Assembly (NCBI GenBank): GCA_014653715.1
Contig: JACWEB010000001.1
Coordinates: 4,525-68,524, forward strand
DNA length: 64,000 nt
DNA from: Pelagibacterales bacterium SAG-MED31
GTDB taxonomy: Bacteria > Pseudomonadota > Alphaproteobacteria > HIMB59 > GCA-002718135
Reading direction: 5' to 3'
The notes under the pieces were generated by a model. That model saw only the letters and a program-made list of their open reading frames with translations. It had not been told where the DNA came from and made no database searches. This document shows positions 28,690 through 39,687 of the stretch, piece by piece; position 1 is the first letter of the stretch, and each line of letters opens with the position of its first letter. The translations under genes were made by a program, and so were the position numbers.

Positions 28690-30389
28690 TGGAAAAAACT
28701 GAACAGAAAAAAATAACTAACTCTGACTATGAAGCACTTATTAGAAAGTCTCTTGAAAATAAATCTATACGTGAAAAAATGATCGTAAATGGAAATGTTA
28801 TTTCCTTCGAAAATGATATTGTCACTATTGATGTTGGACTAAAAAGTGAAGGAAGGATTCCATTATCTGAATTTACAAGACCTGGTCAAAAACCAGAAAT
28901 TACTGTCGGTGATACATTTGAAGTTTATATTGAAAGTATCGATAATTCAAATGGAGAAACTGTGCTATCAAGAGAAAAAGCTGTTAAACAAAAAGCATGG
29001 AACACTCTGCAGGATTCATTCGAGAACAATAAAGTTGTTACTGGAACGCCTTTCAATAGAGTCAAAGGTGGTATGAGCGTAGACCTAAATGGTGTAGTTG
29101 CTTTTTTACCCGGAAGTCAGATTGATACAAGACAAATCATTAAAGATACTAAAGAACTTTTAAATAAACCTCTTGATCTTATGATTTTAAAAATGGACAA
29201 ATTTAGAGGAAATATTGTTGTATCTAGAAAGGCAATTTCTGAAGTAGAATTGAAAGAACAAAGAAAAGAACTTTTGAATTCTATTAATGAGGGTTCAATA
29301 ATTGAAGGTAAAGTAAAAAATCTAACCGATTACGGTGCATTTATTGATTTAGGTGGTTTAGATGGATTGGTTCATATTACAGATATATCTTGGACAAAAA
29401 TCAACAATCCCTCTGACATATTAACTTTAGGTCAAGATGTAAAAGTTAAAGTCTTAAAATTTGATGAAGAATTATCAAGACTAAGCCTTGGAATTAAACA
29501 GCTTCAAGAAAACCCTTGGGATAATTTAGAAGAAAATGTCTCCGTAGATAACATTGTAAATGCTAAAATTAATTCAATTAATGATACTTCATTAAATATA
29601 CTTATTAATGAAAAATATGACGGCACTGTCTCAATAAATGAACTTAGCTGGTTAAAAAAACCACCACATCCATCAAAACTATTTAATATTGGTGATTTAG
29701 TAAGTGTTAAGATAACTGATGTAGATGAAGAAAAAAGAAAATTAATATGTAGTATAAAACAAACGAAAGAAAATCCATGGTCTAAACTAACAGATCAATT
29801 TAATGTAAATGATAACTTTGAAACCGAAGTTGTTAATATCGTAGACTTTGGGATTTTTGTAAAGGTTCACGAAGAAATTGATGGCATGGTTCATGTATCA
29901 GATCTAGACTGGGATGAAAAAGAGTGCCAAAAAATTCTAGAGGGGTACAAGAAAGGTGACAAGGTTCAAGTAAAAATATTAGAAATTAATATTGAAAAAG
30001 AGAGAATTTCTTTAGGTATCAAACAACTAAACAATGATCCAATACAAAACTTTATTGAATTAAATCCTCTAAAATCTAAAGTTACTGGTAAAATTGTTGA
30101 GCTCGATGAAAAGTTCTTAAAAGTAAAATTAAATGATCAAGTTTTTGGGGTCATAAAAAAAATAAATCTTTCTCGAGATAAATTAGAGCAAAAAACTGAT
30201 AGATTTGCTGAAGGCGAACAAGTTGACTCAATTATAATTTCTATAGATCAGAAAAGTAGATCTATTAACTTATCAATAAAAGAGGTTGAAATAATTGACG
30301 AAAAAGAAGCATTATCTAAATATGGATCAAGCGACTCCGGGGCTTCTCTTGGAGATATTCTAGGCTCTGTTTTAAATAAAAAAAAATAA
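28689..30389 (+). CDS. rpsA: 30S ribosomal protein S1
   Basis: 566 aa with six S1 OB-fold repeats (GxVxxxxxxGAFIDLGG-type). Confidence 0.96.
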   Translation: MEKTEQKKITNSDYEALIRKSLENKSIREKMIVNGNVISFENDIVTIDVGLKSEGRIPLSEFTRPGQKPEITVGDTFEVYIESIDNSNGETVLSREKAVKQKAWNTLQDSFENNKVVTGTPFNRVKGGMSVDLNGVVAFLPGSQIDTRQIIKDTKELLNKPLDLMILKMDKFRGNIVVSRKAISEVELKEQRKELLNSINEGSIIEGKVKNLTDYGAFIDLGGLDGLVHITDISWTKINNPSDILTLGQDVKVKVLKFDEELSRLSLGIKQLQENPWDNLEENVSVDNIVNAKINSINDTSLNILINEKYDGTVSINELSWLKKPPHPSKLFNIGDLVSVKITDVDEEKRKLICSIKQTKENPWSKLTDQFNVNDNFETEVVNIVDFGIFVKVHEEIDGMVHVSDLDWDEKECQKILEGYKKGDKVQVKILEINIEKERISLGIKQLNNDPIQNFIELNPLKSKVTGKIVELDEKFLKVKLNDQVFGVIKKINLSRDKLEQKTDRFAEGEQVDSIIISIDQKSRSINLSIKEVEIIDEKEALSKYGSSDSGASLGDILGSVLNKKK

Positions 30390-30393
30390 TTTG

Positions 30394-30690
30394 ATGTTAA
30401 AATCTGAAATTATTGAAAAACTTCAGATAAAAAACTCTAACCTAAGCAACTATGATATCGAATTAATATTAAAAATATTTTTTAAAAAAATTACCTCGAG
30501 TTTAAATGATGGTAATGCAATCGAAATTCGTGGTTTTGGAACATTTAAAAAAAAAATAAATAAAGAGAAACAGGTTAGAAACCCTAAAAATAATCAATTA
30601 TTATTTAAAGATAAAACTTATAAGCTTCACTTTAAAATTGGAAAAACACTTCACAAAAAACTAAATAACATTAGTTCAAAGGATGACTAA
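30394..30690 (+). CDS. ihfB: Integration host factor beta subunit (HU/IHF family)
   Basis: About 98 aa. IEIRGFGTF and the RNPKN arm. Position directly after rpsA. The ATG at 30394 is preferred over the adjacent TTG at 30391. Confidence 0.85.
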   Translation: MLKSEIIEKLQIKNSNLSNYDIELILKIFFKKITSSLNDGNAIEIRGFGTFKKKINKEKQVRNPKNNQLLFKDKTYKLHFKIGKTLHKKLNNISSKDD

Positions 30691-31369
30691 CAAAGTAATA
30701 ATAGCATTAGATAATAAAAATATTAAACAAATAGTTTCTATAGTTAAAGAAACTAAATCAGAAGCATTTGGATTTAAAATTGGTAAAGAATTTTTTTATA
30801 ATTACGGAATTGAAGGATATAAAAAGATTTATAACCTCTCTCCAAAAATATTCTTAGACCTTAAATTACATGATATACCAAATACAGTTCAAAAAGCTCT
30901 AAAAGCTCTAATAAAATTAAAGCCCCTTTTTACCACAATTCATATTAGTGGTGGGGATGATATGCAAAAAGTATCATCTAATATAAAAAAAAATAAAACA
31001 AAAATTCTAGGAGTTACAATACTTACAAGCTTGAGTAGTCAACAAACTAAAAAATACTATAATGATAAAAATATTAATCAGTTAGTTAAAAAGTTTGCAC
31101 AAAATGCAAAAAATAATAAACTTGATGGTATTGTGTGCAGTCCACTTGAACTTAAAACTGTCAGAAAAGTAGTTGGAAACAAAATGATATTAGTTGTACC
31201 AGGTATAAGATTAGAAAAAAATAAAAAAAATGACCAAAAAAGAATTCTTACACCTAAAGAGGCAATAAATTTAGGAGCAAATTATTTAGTGATTGGCAGG
31301 CCGATCGTTCAGTCAACAAATCCTCTTAAAACCTTAAAAGAAATTAACAAGAGTTTACAAAGTAAGTGA
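30683..31369 (+). CDS. pyrF: Orotidine 5'-phosphate decarboxylase
   Basis: 228 aa with FLDLKLHDIPNT and VIGRPI. Confidence 0.93.
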   Translation: MTNKVIIALDNKNIKQIVSIVKETKSEAFGFKIGKEFFYNYGIEGYKKIYNLSPKIFLDLKLHDIPNTVQKALKALIKLKPLFTTIHISGGDDMQKVSSNIKKNKTKILGVTILTSLSSQQTKKYYNDKNINQLVKKFAQNAKNNKLDGIVCSPLELKTVRKVVGNKMILVVPGIRLEKNKKNDQKRILTPKEAINLGANYLVIGRPIVQSTNPLKTLKEINKSLQSK

Positions 31370-31998
31370 TTTTTAAAATTTGTGGACTAAAAAAGAGTGA
31401 GTCTTTAATTTGCTGTGAAGAAAATAATGTTGATTTTTTTGGGATGATTTTTTATGAAAAAAGTCCAAGAAACATAACTTTTGATGAATCAAAAAACCTA
31501 ACATATATATCTAAAAATTTAAAAATTAAGCCAGTAGGTGTTTTTGTAAATCATGAAATAAATGAATTAAAAAAGATTATTTCATCACTTAATTTAAAAT
31601 ATATTCAATTACATGGAGAAGAGACTCAAACTTATATAAATGAAATAAAAAAACAATTTGATTTAAAAATAATTAAAAAAATTTCTCTAAAAAATTCTGA
31701 TGATTTAGATAAAATTAAGAATTTTATTAATATTGATTATTTGTTATTTGACTATAAACCAAGTAGTAATGAGCTTCCTGGAGGCAATTCTAAATCTTTT
31801 GATTGGAGCTTATTAAAAGAACAAAAGATTGAGTTGCCTTGGTTTATTTCTGGAGGGATTAACGAAACAAACATAAAAAATATAGGAAATATACTAAATC
31901 CTAATGGAATTGATCTTTCATCAGGTGTAGAAGAGTCACCTGGTATAAAAAGTAATACTAAGATAAATAGTCTATTTAAAAAATTTTATGACAATTAA
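31366..31998 (+). CDS. trpF: Phosphoribosylanthranilate isomerase (GTG start, GTGA overlap with pyrF)
   Basis: 210 aa with KICGLK and IQLHGEE. Lies upstream of trpBA. Confidence 0.9.
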   Translation: MIFKICGLKKSESLICCEENNVDFFGMIFYEKSPRNITFDESKNLTYISKNLKIKPVGVFVNHEINELKKIISSLNLKYIQLHGEETQTYINEIKKQFDLKIIKKISLKNSDDLDKIKNFINIDYLLFDYKPSSNELPGGNSKSFDWSLLKEQKIELPWFISGGINETNIKNIGNILNPNGIDLSSGVEESPGIKSNTKINSLFKKFYDN

Positions 31999-33199
31999 AA
32001 ACTCCTATAAACAACTTCCTAATGAAAAAGGTTATTTTGGATCTTTTGGTGGAAGATATGTATCTGAGACTCTAATGCCACTTATAATAGAAGTTGAAAA
32101 AGAATACATTAAAATTAAAAGTGATAAAAATTTTAAAAAAGAATTAAACCATTATATGAAAACCTATGTGGGCAGACCAAGTCCACTTTTTTTTGCTGAG
32201 AGAATTACTGAAGATCTTGGTGGACCTAAAATTTATTTTAAAAGAGATGAATTAAATCACACAGGAGCACATAAGATAAATAATTGTATGGGTCAAATCC
32301 TTCTGGCAAAAAGAATGGGTAAAAAAAGGATAATTGCAGAAACTGGAGCTGGGCAACATGGTGTAGCAACAGCAACTGTTTGTGCATTATTTGGTTTACC
32401 TTGCATAGTATATATGGGAGAAAAAGATATAAAACGACAATCACCAAATGTTTTTAGAATGAAGTTATTAGGAGCAGAGATAAGAAGCGTTAAAACTGGA
32501 TCAAAGTCATTAAAAGACGCTATGAATGAAGCTCTTCGTGATTGGGTGACAAATGTAAAAGATACTTTTTATATAATTGGCACAGCAGCTGGTCCTCACC
32601 CTTATCCGGCAATGGTAAGAGATTTTCAATCAGTTATTGGTGAAGAAGTTAGACAACAAATATTAGACGCAGAAAATAGATTACCAGACTTATTAATGGC
32701 GTGCATTGGTGGCGGTTCTAATGCTTTAGGTTTATTTCATGAATTTCTAGATGACAAACAGATAGAAATGATTGCAGTAGAAGCGGCTGGTCATGGTTTA
32801 GATTCTGGAGAACATGCTGCTAGTTTAAGTGGTGGAAAACCAGGGATTTTACATGGTAATAAAACATATCTATTGCAATCTCAAGACGGTCAAATTGATG
32901 AAGCCCATTCTATATCAGCTGGATTAGATTACCCTGGAATTGGTCCTGAACACTCTTATTTATTTGAACAAAAAAGAGTTCAATATATGTCTGCGACTGA
33001 CAAGGAAGCAATAGAAGCATTTCAATACTGTTGTAATTTAGAGGGCATTATACCCGCACTTGAGCCATCACATGCCCTTGCAGTTTTAAAAAAAATAGCA
33101 AAAAAATATAGTAAAGATAAAATTGTTGTTATGAATATGTGTGGGAGAGGTGATAAAGATATTTTTACTATAGCTGAAGAATTAAATATTAAATTGTAA
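31988..33199 (+). CDS. trpB: Tryptophan synthase beta chain
   Basis: 403 aa with [11 protein letters not shown] (PLP lysine) and GGGSNA. Confidence 0.97.
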   Translation: MTIKNSYKQLPNEKGYFGSFGGRYVSETLMPLIIEVEKEYIKIKSDKNFKKELNHYMKTYVGRPSPLFFAERITEDLGGPKIYFKRDELNHTGAHKINNCMGQILLAKRMGKKRIIAETGAGQHGVATATVCALFGLPCIVYMGEKDIKRQSPNVFRMKLLGAEIRSVKTGSKSLKDAMNEALRDWVTNVKDTFYIIGTAAGPHPYPAMVRDFQSVIGEEVRQQILDAENRLPDLLMACIGGGSNALGLFHEFLDDKQIEMIAVEAAGHGLDSGEHAASLSGGKPGILHGNKTYLLQSQDGQIDEAHSISAGLDYPGIGPEHSYLFEQKRVQYMSATDKEAIEAFQYCCNLEGIIPALEPSHALAVLKKIAKKYSKDKIVVMNMCGRGDKDIFTIAEELNIKL

Positions 33200-33993
33200 T
33201 GTCAGAAAGAATAAAAAAAATCTTTGAAGCAAGGAGTAAAAAATTAGTTACCTTTACCACTGGTGGAGATCCAGATTTAAATACAAGTTTAGAAATACTT
33301 AAAACTATAATTGATAATGGGATAGATATAATTGAAATTGGAATGCCTTTTTCTGACCCAATGGCTGATGGTCCTACTATTCAAGAGTCTAGTGTTAGAT
33401 CATTAGCTAATGGTACAAAAATTAATGACATTTTTGAAATAGTTATGGCTGTAAGAAAATTTAATAATGAAATACCAATCATTCTCATGGGTTATTACAA
33501 TTCAATATTTAATTTGGGGATTGATAATTTTACTACCAAATGTGCCAAAACAGGAATTGATGGTCTTATAATTGTTGACCTACAACCAGAGGAAGACTCA
33601 GAGCTTTACACTAAATCTAAAGAAAAGAATATCGATCTTATAAGACTGATTACTCCTACAACTGATCAAAAAAGATTAAATACTATTTTAAATAATGCAT
33701 CTGGATTTTTGTACTATGTAACTGTTACCGGTATAACCGGTCAAAATTCTGCGAATATAGAAGACTTAAAAAAATCAATTAACACAATTAAAACATCAAC
33801 AAAATTACCTATTGTTGCTGGTTTTGGAATAAAAAATAGAAATGATGTGGAGCAAATTAGTCCTTTTACAGATGGGGTTGTTGTCGGCTCAAGTATTGTA
33901 AATATTATCAAAGAAAACTTAAATGATAAACATAAAATGATTAACAAAATAAAAACATTTACGAAAGATTTAAAAGAAGGAATGAACGAATGA
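33199..33993 (+). CDS. trpA: Tryptophan synthase alpha chain
   Basis: 264 aa with EIGMPFSDPMADGPTIQ. Confidence 0.96.
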   Translation: MSERIKKIFEARSKKLVTFTTGGDPDLNTSLEILKTIIDNGIDIIEIGMPFSDPMADGPTIQESSVRSLANGTKINDIFEIVMAVRKFNNEIPIILMGYYNSIFNLGIDNFTTKCAKTGIDGLIIVDLQPEEDSELYTKSKEKNIDLIRLITPTTDQKRLNTILNNASGFLYYVTVTGITGQNSANIEDLKKSINTIKTSTKLPIVAGFGIKNRNDVEQISPFTDGVVVGSSIVNIIKENLNDKHKMINKIKTFTKDLKEGMNE

Positions 33994-34832
33994 ATTGGTT
34001 AACAAACTTTGTAAAACCAAAGCTTTCAGCTCTTGTTAAGAGGAAAGATGTTCCTGAAAATCTATGGCAAAACTGCCCTTCCTGTGGAAATATGATTCAT
34101 CATAAAGATCTCAAAGAAAATTTAAGAGTATGTAATACATGTAACCATCATTTTCGTATGTCAGCAGATGATAGAATTGATTTACTTTTTTCTAAAGATA
34201 AAACTCAAGAAATTGAGTTAGATAAAATAAGTGATGATCCATTAAATTTTTCAGATAAAAAAAAATATAAAGATAGACTAAAAGAATATAGAAAAAAAAC
34301 AAAAAGAGAAGATGCATTTATTCTATTAAATACAAGAATTGGTCAATCAAATATAATTTGTGGTTTAATGAATTTTGCTTTTATGGGTGGATCAATGGGG
34401 AGAGCGGTTGGTGGTGCAATTGTAAAAGGAGCACAGACAGCATTAGAAAAAAAATGCCCCTTCATAATATTTACATCTTCAGGAGGTGCAAGAATGCAAG
34501 AAGGTATAATTAGTTTAATGCAAATGCCGAGAACAGTTGCTGCAGTAGAATTATTAAATCAAAATAACATTCCGTATATAGTTGTATTGACTGAGCCAAC
34601 TACAGGTGGTGTAACAGCATCTTTTGCCATGTTGGGAGATATAACTATTGCTGAGCAAGGCTCTACTATTGGATTTGCTGGTAAACGTGTTATACAAGAT
34701 ACGATACGAGAAGAACTCCCTATTGATTTTCAAAAAGCAGAGTATTTAAAAGAGCACGGTATGGTTGATATAGTGTGTCATCGAAAAGATCTAAAAAGCA
34801 ATCTTGAAAAAGTAATTAACCATATCACTTAA
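33990..34832 (+). CDS. accD: Acetyl-CoA carboxylase carboxyltransferase beta subunit
   Basis: 280 aa with an N-terminal zinc ribbon (CPSCGN...CNTCNHH) and SGGARMQEG. Confidence 0.96.
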   Translation: MNWLTNFVKPKLSALVKRKDVPENLWQNCPSCGNMIHHKDLKENLRVCNTCNHHFRMSADDRIDLLFSKDKTQEIELDKISDDPLNFSDKKKYKDRLKEYRKKTKREDAFILLNTRIGQSNIICGLMNFAFMGGSMGRAVGGAIVKGAQTALEKKCPFIIFTSSGGARMQEGIISLMQMPRTVAAVELLNQNNIPYIVVLTEPTTGGVTASFAMLGDITIAEQGSTIGFAGKRVIQDTIREELPIDFQKAEYLKEHGMVDIVCHRKDLKSNLEKVINHIT

Positions 34833-34837
34833 TTAAA

Positions 34838-36097
34838 GTGATTTCTAAAACTGATAAGTTATTAAAAGAGTTTATCAATCTTCATCCTAAATTTATAGAT
34901 TTATCTCTCTCTAGACTTGAATATTTATTAAAAAAACTTGGTGATCCCCATAAAAAGCTTCCTCCTACTATTCATATTGCAGGAACTAACGGAAAAGGAT
35001 CTACATTAAGCTTTATTAAAAATATTCTAAAAAATAATAATTATTCAGTTCACACTTATACATCTCCACATTTAGAAAAATTTAGTGAAAGAATAAACAT
35101 TAACAACAAACAAGTAAACGCAAGTAGATTATTAAAAAGTTTGGAATTTGTTAAAAAAATCAACCATGGCAGACCAATAACTTTTTTTGAAATAACAACG
35201 GCGGCAGCATTTCTTCTTTTTGCACGTTTTAAAGCAGATTTTTTAATTCTTGAAACAGGGTTAGGTGGAAGACTAGATGCAACTAATATAATTCCAAAAA
35301 AGTTCTTAAGCATAATTACATCAATTGGCATAGATCATGAGGAATTTCTTGGGGATACTCTAAAAAAAATTGCTACTGAAAAAATTGGAATAATAAAAAA
35401 TACTAATAACGTTATAATTGCTAAGCAAAACAAAGAGATAGAGAATTTCATTTTCAAAAAACTTAAAAAAATAAATAACATTTATTATTTTAATAAAGAT
35501 TACAAATTTAAAACAATTGATACAAAAAAATTTTTCTATCAATTTCAAAATATTAAAAAAAAATTTTCAAAACCATCATTAGAAGGAGATCATCAAATTG
35601 AAAATGCCTCAACTGCCATAACTGCTGCAATAGTCCTTAAAAAAAATAACTATAATATTAAAATTAGCTCATTAGGGAAAAGTATTTGTAATACTAAATG
35701 GCCTGGAAGAATTGAGAAGGTAAAATTTAAAAATAAAATAATTATATTTGATGGCTCTCATAATTTATCAGGCGCAGAAAAACTTAATCAATACTTAAAA
35801 GAAAATAATATTCGACCTAATATAATTTTTGGGATGTTAAATAATAAAAAAGCATTTGAATTTTTATCAATTATTAAAAAAAATATAGACATATTATACC
35901 CAATCCAAATACCTGATGAAAAAAATGCATATACACAAAAAGAAATTTATAAAGTTGCAAAAAAACTTAATTTAGAAACATTGATAATAAATAATTTTAA
36001 CACTATTAACCGATTACTAATGAATAGTTCTAATAAATATATTTTAATCACCGGATCACTTTATCTAATTGGAAAGATTAGAAAAAAATACTTATAG
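34838..36097 (+). CDS. folC: Folylpolyglutamate synthase / dihydrofolate synthase (GTG start)
   Basis: 419 aa with the HIAGTNGKGST P-loop and the Mur-ligase fold. Conserved accD-folC synteny. Confidence 0.9.
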   Translation: MISKTDKLLKEFINLHPKFIDLSLSRLEYLLKKLGDPHKKLPPTIHIAGTNGKGSTLSFIKNILKNNNYSVHTYTSPHLEKFSERININNKQVNASRLLKSLEFVKKINHGRPITFFEITTAAAFLLFARFKADFLILETGLGGRLDATNIIPKKFLSIITSIGIDHEEFLGDTLKKIATEKIGIIKNTNNVIIAKQNKEIENFIFKKLKKINNIYYFNKDYKFKTIDTKKFFYQFQNIKKKFSKPSLEGDHQIENASTAITAAIVLKKNNYNIKISSLGKSICNTKWPGRIEKVKFKNKIIIFDGSHNLSGAEKLNQYLKENNIRPNIIFGMLNNKKAFEFLSIIKKNIDILYPIQIPDEKNAYTQKEIYKVAKKLNLETLIINNFNTINRLLMNSSNKYILITGSLYLIGKIRKKYL

Positions 36098-36412
36098 ATT
36101 TGAATCTAACCAAGCTTCAAGCATATTCTTTGGTAAGCTACCTACTTTAGTGTCTACAAGATTACCATCTTTAAAAAGCATTAACGTTGGTATTCCTCTT
36201 ACTCCAAATTTTTGAGGAGTTTGTGGATTCTCATCAACATTTAATTTAAAAATCGCAATTTTGTCTTTTTTTTCATCTCCTATTTCTTCAAGAATAGGGC
36301 CAATTTGCTTACATGGACCACACCATTCAGCCCAAAAATCAACTAATATAGGAAGTGGTGAATTTTTAATCTCTTCATCAAATTTACTATCAGTTATTAT
36401 ACTTGTAGTCAT
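36092..36412 (-). CDS. trxA: Thioredoxin
   Basis: 106 aa with the WAEWCGPCK active site. Confidence 0.97.
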   Translation of the reverse strand: MTTSIITDSKFDEEIKNSPLPILVDFWAEWCGPCKQIGPILEEIGDEKKDKIAIFKLNVDENPQTPQKFGVRGIPTLMLFKDGNLVDTKVGSLPKNMLEAWLDSNL

Positions 36413-36449
36413 AAATTTAAAGTAAGCACTATAATGATATATTCAAGTA

Positions 36450-37142
36450 TCAATCATCCTTAAATTGATTAAAAGAGTTTATATCTCCTATATGCGCTAT
36501 ATTAGAACAAGAAATTTCCCCTTGAAGTTTGTCTTCAGGAATAAGTAAATCCCATAATCTGTTTAAAGAAAAAGACATATCTTCTATTAATTTAAAAACA
36601 ATCGGATTAATTATTTGTAGCCCAGTGTAATATAAATATGGGTCATTTGTTTTCCACCTTGTAAGTAAGCTATCTTCATACTTAAAGTCACCTTCTGGTT
36701 TTTTTAAACCCTCAAAATTATTATCAGTAGCAAGAAATAACTTACATGTTTCAATCTCTTGATAATTATTTATAAATTTTAATACATCTTCACTATTGTC
36801 TTCTTTCCATAAAATATCAGAATTGGTAACAATAAAATTATTACTTCCTAAAAAGCGTAAAGCATTCTTTATTCCACCACCCGTATTCAATAAGGTTGGC
36901 TCATAACTTAATATTATATTTCTATCTAAATAATGTTTCTCTATACAATGTTGAATTTTGTCATGAAGATAATGAGTATTTATTATTATTTTTTTACAAC
37001 CTAATTTTGTAAAAAAATCTATATTATGCCTTAGAAGCTCTTTGTTGTTTATTTTCAATAAAGGTTTTGGGATTGAATGAGTTAAATGATGCATTCGCTT
37101 TCCATATCCAGCAGCTAATATCATTAAATTAAAGTTAGTCAT
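36450..37142 (-). CDS. Sugar-phosphate nucleotidyltransferase (MurU-like)
   Basis: 230 aa with the N-terminal ILAAGYGKRM nucleotidyltransferase motif. It overlaps the upstream kinase-like gene by 4 nt, as in amgK-murU pairs. Confidence 0.65.
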   Translation of the reverse strand: MTNFNLMILAAGYGKRMHHLTHSIPKPLLKINNKELLRHNIDFFTKLGCKKIIINTHYLHDKIQHCIEKHYLDRNIILSYEPTLLNTGGGIKNALRFLGSNNFIVTNSDILWKEDNSEDVLKFINNYQEIETCKLFLATDNNFEGLKKPEGDFKYEDSLLTRWKTNDPYLYYTGLQIINPIVFKLIEDMSFSLNRLWDLLIPEDKLQGEISCSNIAHIGDINSFNQFKDD

Positions 37143-38062
37143 TCAGCTATTACTTTACTGTATAATTTAGATAGCCTTTGGTTTTTTAGGTTATACAAAC
37201 TTTTTTTAAGTCTTTTAATTGTTACATCGAGATATTTTGAGTAATTATTATTTTTATTTTTTTTATCTAAATTTATCCACCTTCCAATAATCCTTGATTG
37301 CCTGGCAGTATTTAAAAAATAATATTGGTTTAAAAATTCACTAAAAGAAATATTTTGATTAGTATTATTAAAAAAATACTCAATCAACTCATCATTATAT
37401 CTGTCATCAAAAAATATTCGTGGATTTTCCAACAAAGAAAACATATCCCATCCAGAAAAACCTATAAATGCATTTTGATAATCAAGAATACCACACTTTA
37501 AATGACCTTTTCTATTTTGAAGATACATTAAATTTGAAAGCTCAAAGTCTTTGTGAACAAAAGAATTCCAATTAAAATTCAAATTTTCAAACTCAGTGTG
37601 CCAAATAATAAAAAATTCTTCTACAATTGATTTACTTATATTTTTAAAAGGTAAGTAAAAATCTGCAAATTCAGCTATCTCTCTTTTAAAAGAAGAAAAA
37701 TTGTATGTGTCTAAATTATAATTAGTTATCGGCTGACTAGTGTTTTGAATTTCAATTAAGGAATTGATAGAATCTAACAACACCTCCTTAAGATTCAAAT
37801 TATTTATTATGTTATCATATCTGTTATTGCCAAAATCTTCCATCAGTATTATGTTTTTACTATCATCAATATCAAGTATTTTTGGAACAGATATATTTAT
37901 ATTTGATAAGATTTTATTAACTTCTAAAAATGAATGATAATCTTTATAATTATATGAAAGATCAACAATAACCCCTTCTTTATAAATATTTCTAAATCTA
38001 TAAATTTTTTTCTGTGAAACCCCACTCTCTATTTGATATACTTCATTCAAATTAAATTTCAT
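37139..38062 (-). CDS. APH-family phosphotransferase (AmgK-like anomeric sugar kinase)
   Basis: 307 aa. Brenner-like motif FVHKDFELSNLMY and ILDYQNA (DxD-type). Paired with the nucleotidyltransferase, downstream of tsaE. Confidence 0.6.
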   Translation of the reverse strand: MKFNLNEVYQIESGVSQKKIYRFRNIYKEGVIVDLSYNYKDYHSFLEVNKILSNINISVPKILDIDDSKNIILMEDFGNNRYDNIINNLNLKEVLLDSINSLIEIQNTSQPITNYNLDTYNFSSFKREIAEFADFYLPFKNISKSIVEEFFIIWHTEFENLNFNWNSFVHKDFELSNLMYLQNRKGHLKCGILDYQNAFIGFSGWDMFSLLENPRIFFDDRYNDELIEYFFNNTNQNISFSEFLNQYYFLNTARQSRIIGRWINLDKKNKNNNYSKYLDVTIKRLKKSLYNLKNQRLSKLYSKVIAE

Positions 38063-38063
38063 T

Positions 38064-38510
38064 TTAACTAAAGATTAAATTATGTTTCAAACTTCTGGTA
38101 TTTTCATCAAGAATATCAAAATGAATGGAAAAATAATTAAAATTTTGTAGAAAATCTAATATGATCCCTGGCCATTCTACTAATGTAATAGAGCTATTTA
38201 TTTCTTCAAATATATTTAAATGAGTTAACTCACTACTTTTTGACACTCGATAAAGATCATAGTGATAAATATCAAAATTATTTAAATCATAGGTTAATAA
38301 AATTGGAAATGATGGACTTTTAATAATGATAGGAGGTTCTTTATTTTGATTTATGTAAATTGAGTTTATTAAATATCTTGAAAAGGTCGTTTTACCAGAT
38401 CCTAAATCGCCTGATAAGCAAATAATATCTCCTTTTTTTAAATTGAGAGACACATCTTTAGAAAATTTTTTTAAGCCTTCCAAGTCTAGGTTAAGAATTT
38501 CCTCTAGCAA
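38064..38510 (-). CDS. tsaE: tRNA t6A37 biosynthesis ATPase TsaE
   Basis: 148 aa with LSGDLGSGKTTFSR and YHYDLYR. Confidence 0.9.
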   Translation of the reverse strand: MLEEILNLDLEGLKKFSKDVSLNLKKGDIICLSGDLGSGKTTFSRYLINSIYINQNKEPPIIIKSPSFPILLTYDLNNFDIYHYDLYRVSKSSELTHLNIFEEINSSITLVEWPGIILDFLQNFNYFSIHFDILDENTRSLKHNLIFS

Positions 38511-38512
38511 CT

Positions 38513-39679
38513 TTAAAGTAAATTTTTTAAAGAGTCGACTAAATCAGTTTTCTCCCAAGTAAAATGACCTTGATCAGTTGGCTCTCTTCCAAAATGTCCA
38601 TAGGCTGAAGTAGGAACATAAATAGCATTTGTAAGTTTTAAATGTTTTCTGATTCCTCTTGGACTTAAATCGAATAAATCCTGAACAGATTTTTCAATTT
38701 TTTGTTCATCAACTTTATTTGTTCCATTTGTATTTACATAAACAGATAAAGGTTTGGAAACACCTATTGCATAAGATAACTGAATCGTACATTCATCCGC
38801 AAGGTTAGCTGCAACAATATTTTTTGCTAGATATCTAGAGGCATAAGCTGCTGATCTATCGACTTTAGAGGGATCTTTTCCAGAGAATGCTCCTCCTCCA
38901 TGAGGTGCAGCGCCACCATATGTATCAACTATGATTTTTCTACCCGTTAGACCAGAGTCACCATCAGGGCCTCCTATCACAAAATTTCCAGTAGGATTTA
39001 CGTAAAACTCTTCATCTTTAAGATCTGCAAGTAATTCATTAGGTATACATTCATAAACATAAGGTTTTACAATTTGCTTAACATCTTCTGGGGATAATCC
39101 TTCTTTATGTTGCGATGAAATGACTAGAGAAGTAACTTTACTAGGTTTTCCATTTTCATAAAGCATAGTTACTTGGCTTTTTGAATCAGGCTCTAAACCA
39201 GGAGCCGATCCATCTTTTCTTGCTTGAGCAATTTTATGTAAAATTTGATGAGAATAATGAATTGGAGCAGGCATTAAGCTATCTGTATCACGGCATGCAT
39301 ATCCAAACATAATTCCTTGATCACCTGCGCCTTCTTCTTTTTCACTTCCTGAGTCAACTCCCATAGCAATATCTGCTGATTGTTCGTGAAGAAAACTATC
39401 AACATTACAGTTCTGCCAGTGAAAACCGTCTTGCTCATATCCAATGTCTTTAATGCAATCTCTTACTTGTGATATAATTTGATCTTTTGATATTGATGGG
39501 CCTCTTACTTCTCCAGCTAAAACTACTTTGTTGGTGGTTGTAAGTGTTTCACATGCGACTCGAGTTGACGGATCTCCTGATGATAAATAAGTATCAACAA
39601 CCATATCTGATATTCTGTCACATACTTTATCTGGGTGTCCTTCAGACACTGACTCACTTGTAAATAAATAAGGTCTCAT
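38513..39679 (-). CDS. metK: S-adenosylmethionine synthase
   Basis: 388 aa with SEGHPDK and [16 protein letters not shown]. Confidence 0.98.
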   Translation of the reverse strand: MRPYLFTSESVSEGHPDKVCDRISDMVVDTYLSSGDPSTRVACETLTTTNKVVLAGEVRGPSISKDQIISQVRDCIKDIGYEQDGFHWQNCNVDSFLHEQSADIAMGVDSGSEKEEGAGDQGIMFGYACRDTDSLMPAPIHYSHQILHKIAQARKDGSAPGLEPDSKSQVTMLYENGKPSKVTSLVISSQHKEGLSPEDVKQIVKPYVYECIPNELLADLKDEEFYVNPTGNFVIGGPDGDSGLTGRKIIVDTYGGAAPHGGGAFSGKDPSKVDRSAAYASRYLAKNIVAANLADECTIQLSYAIGVSKPLSVYVNTNGTNKVDEQKIEKSVQDLFDLSPRGIRKHLKLTNAIYVPTSAYGHFGREPTDQGHFTWEKTDLVDSLKNLL

Positions 39680-39687
39680 TTTTTCTC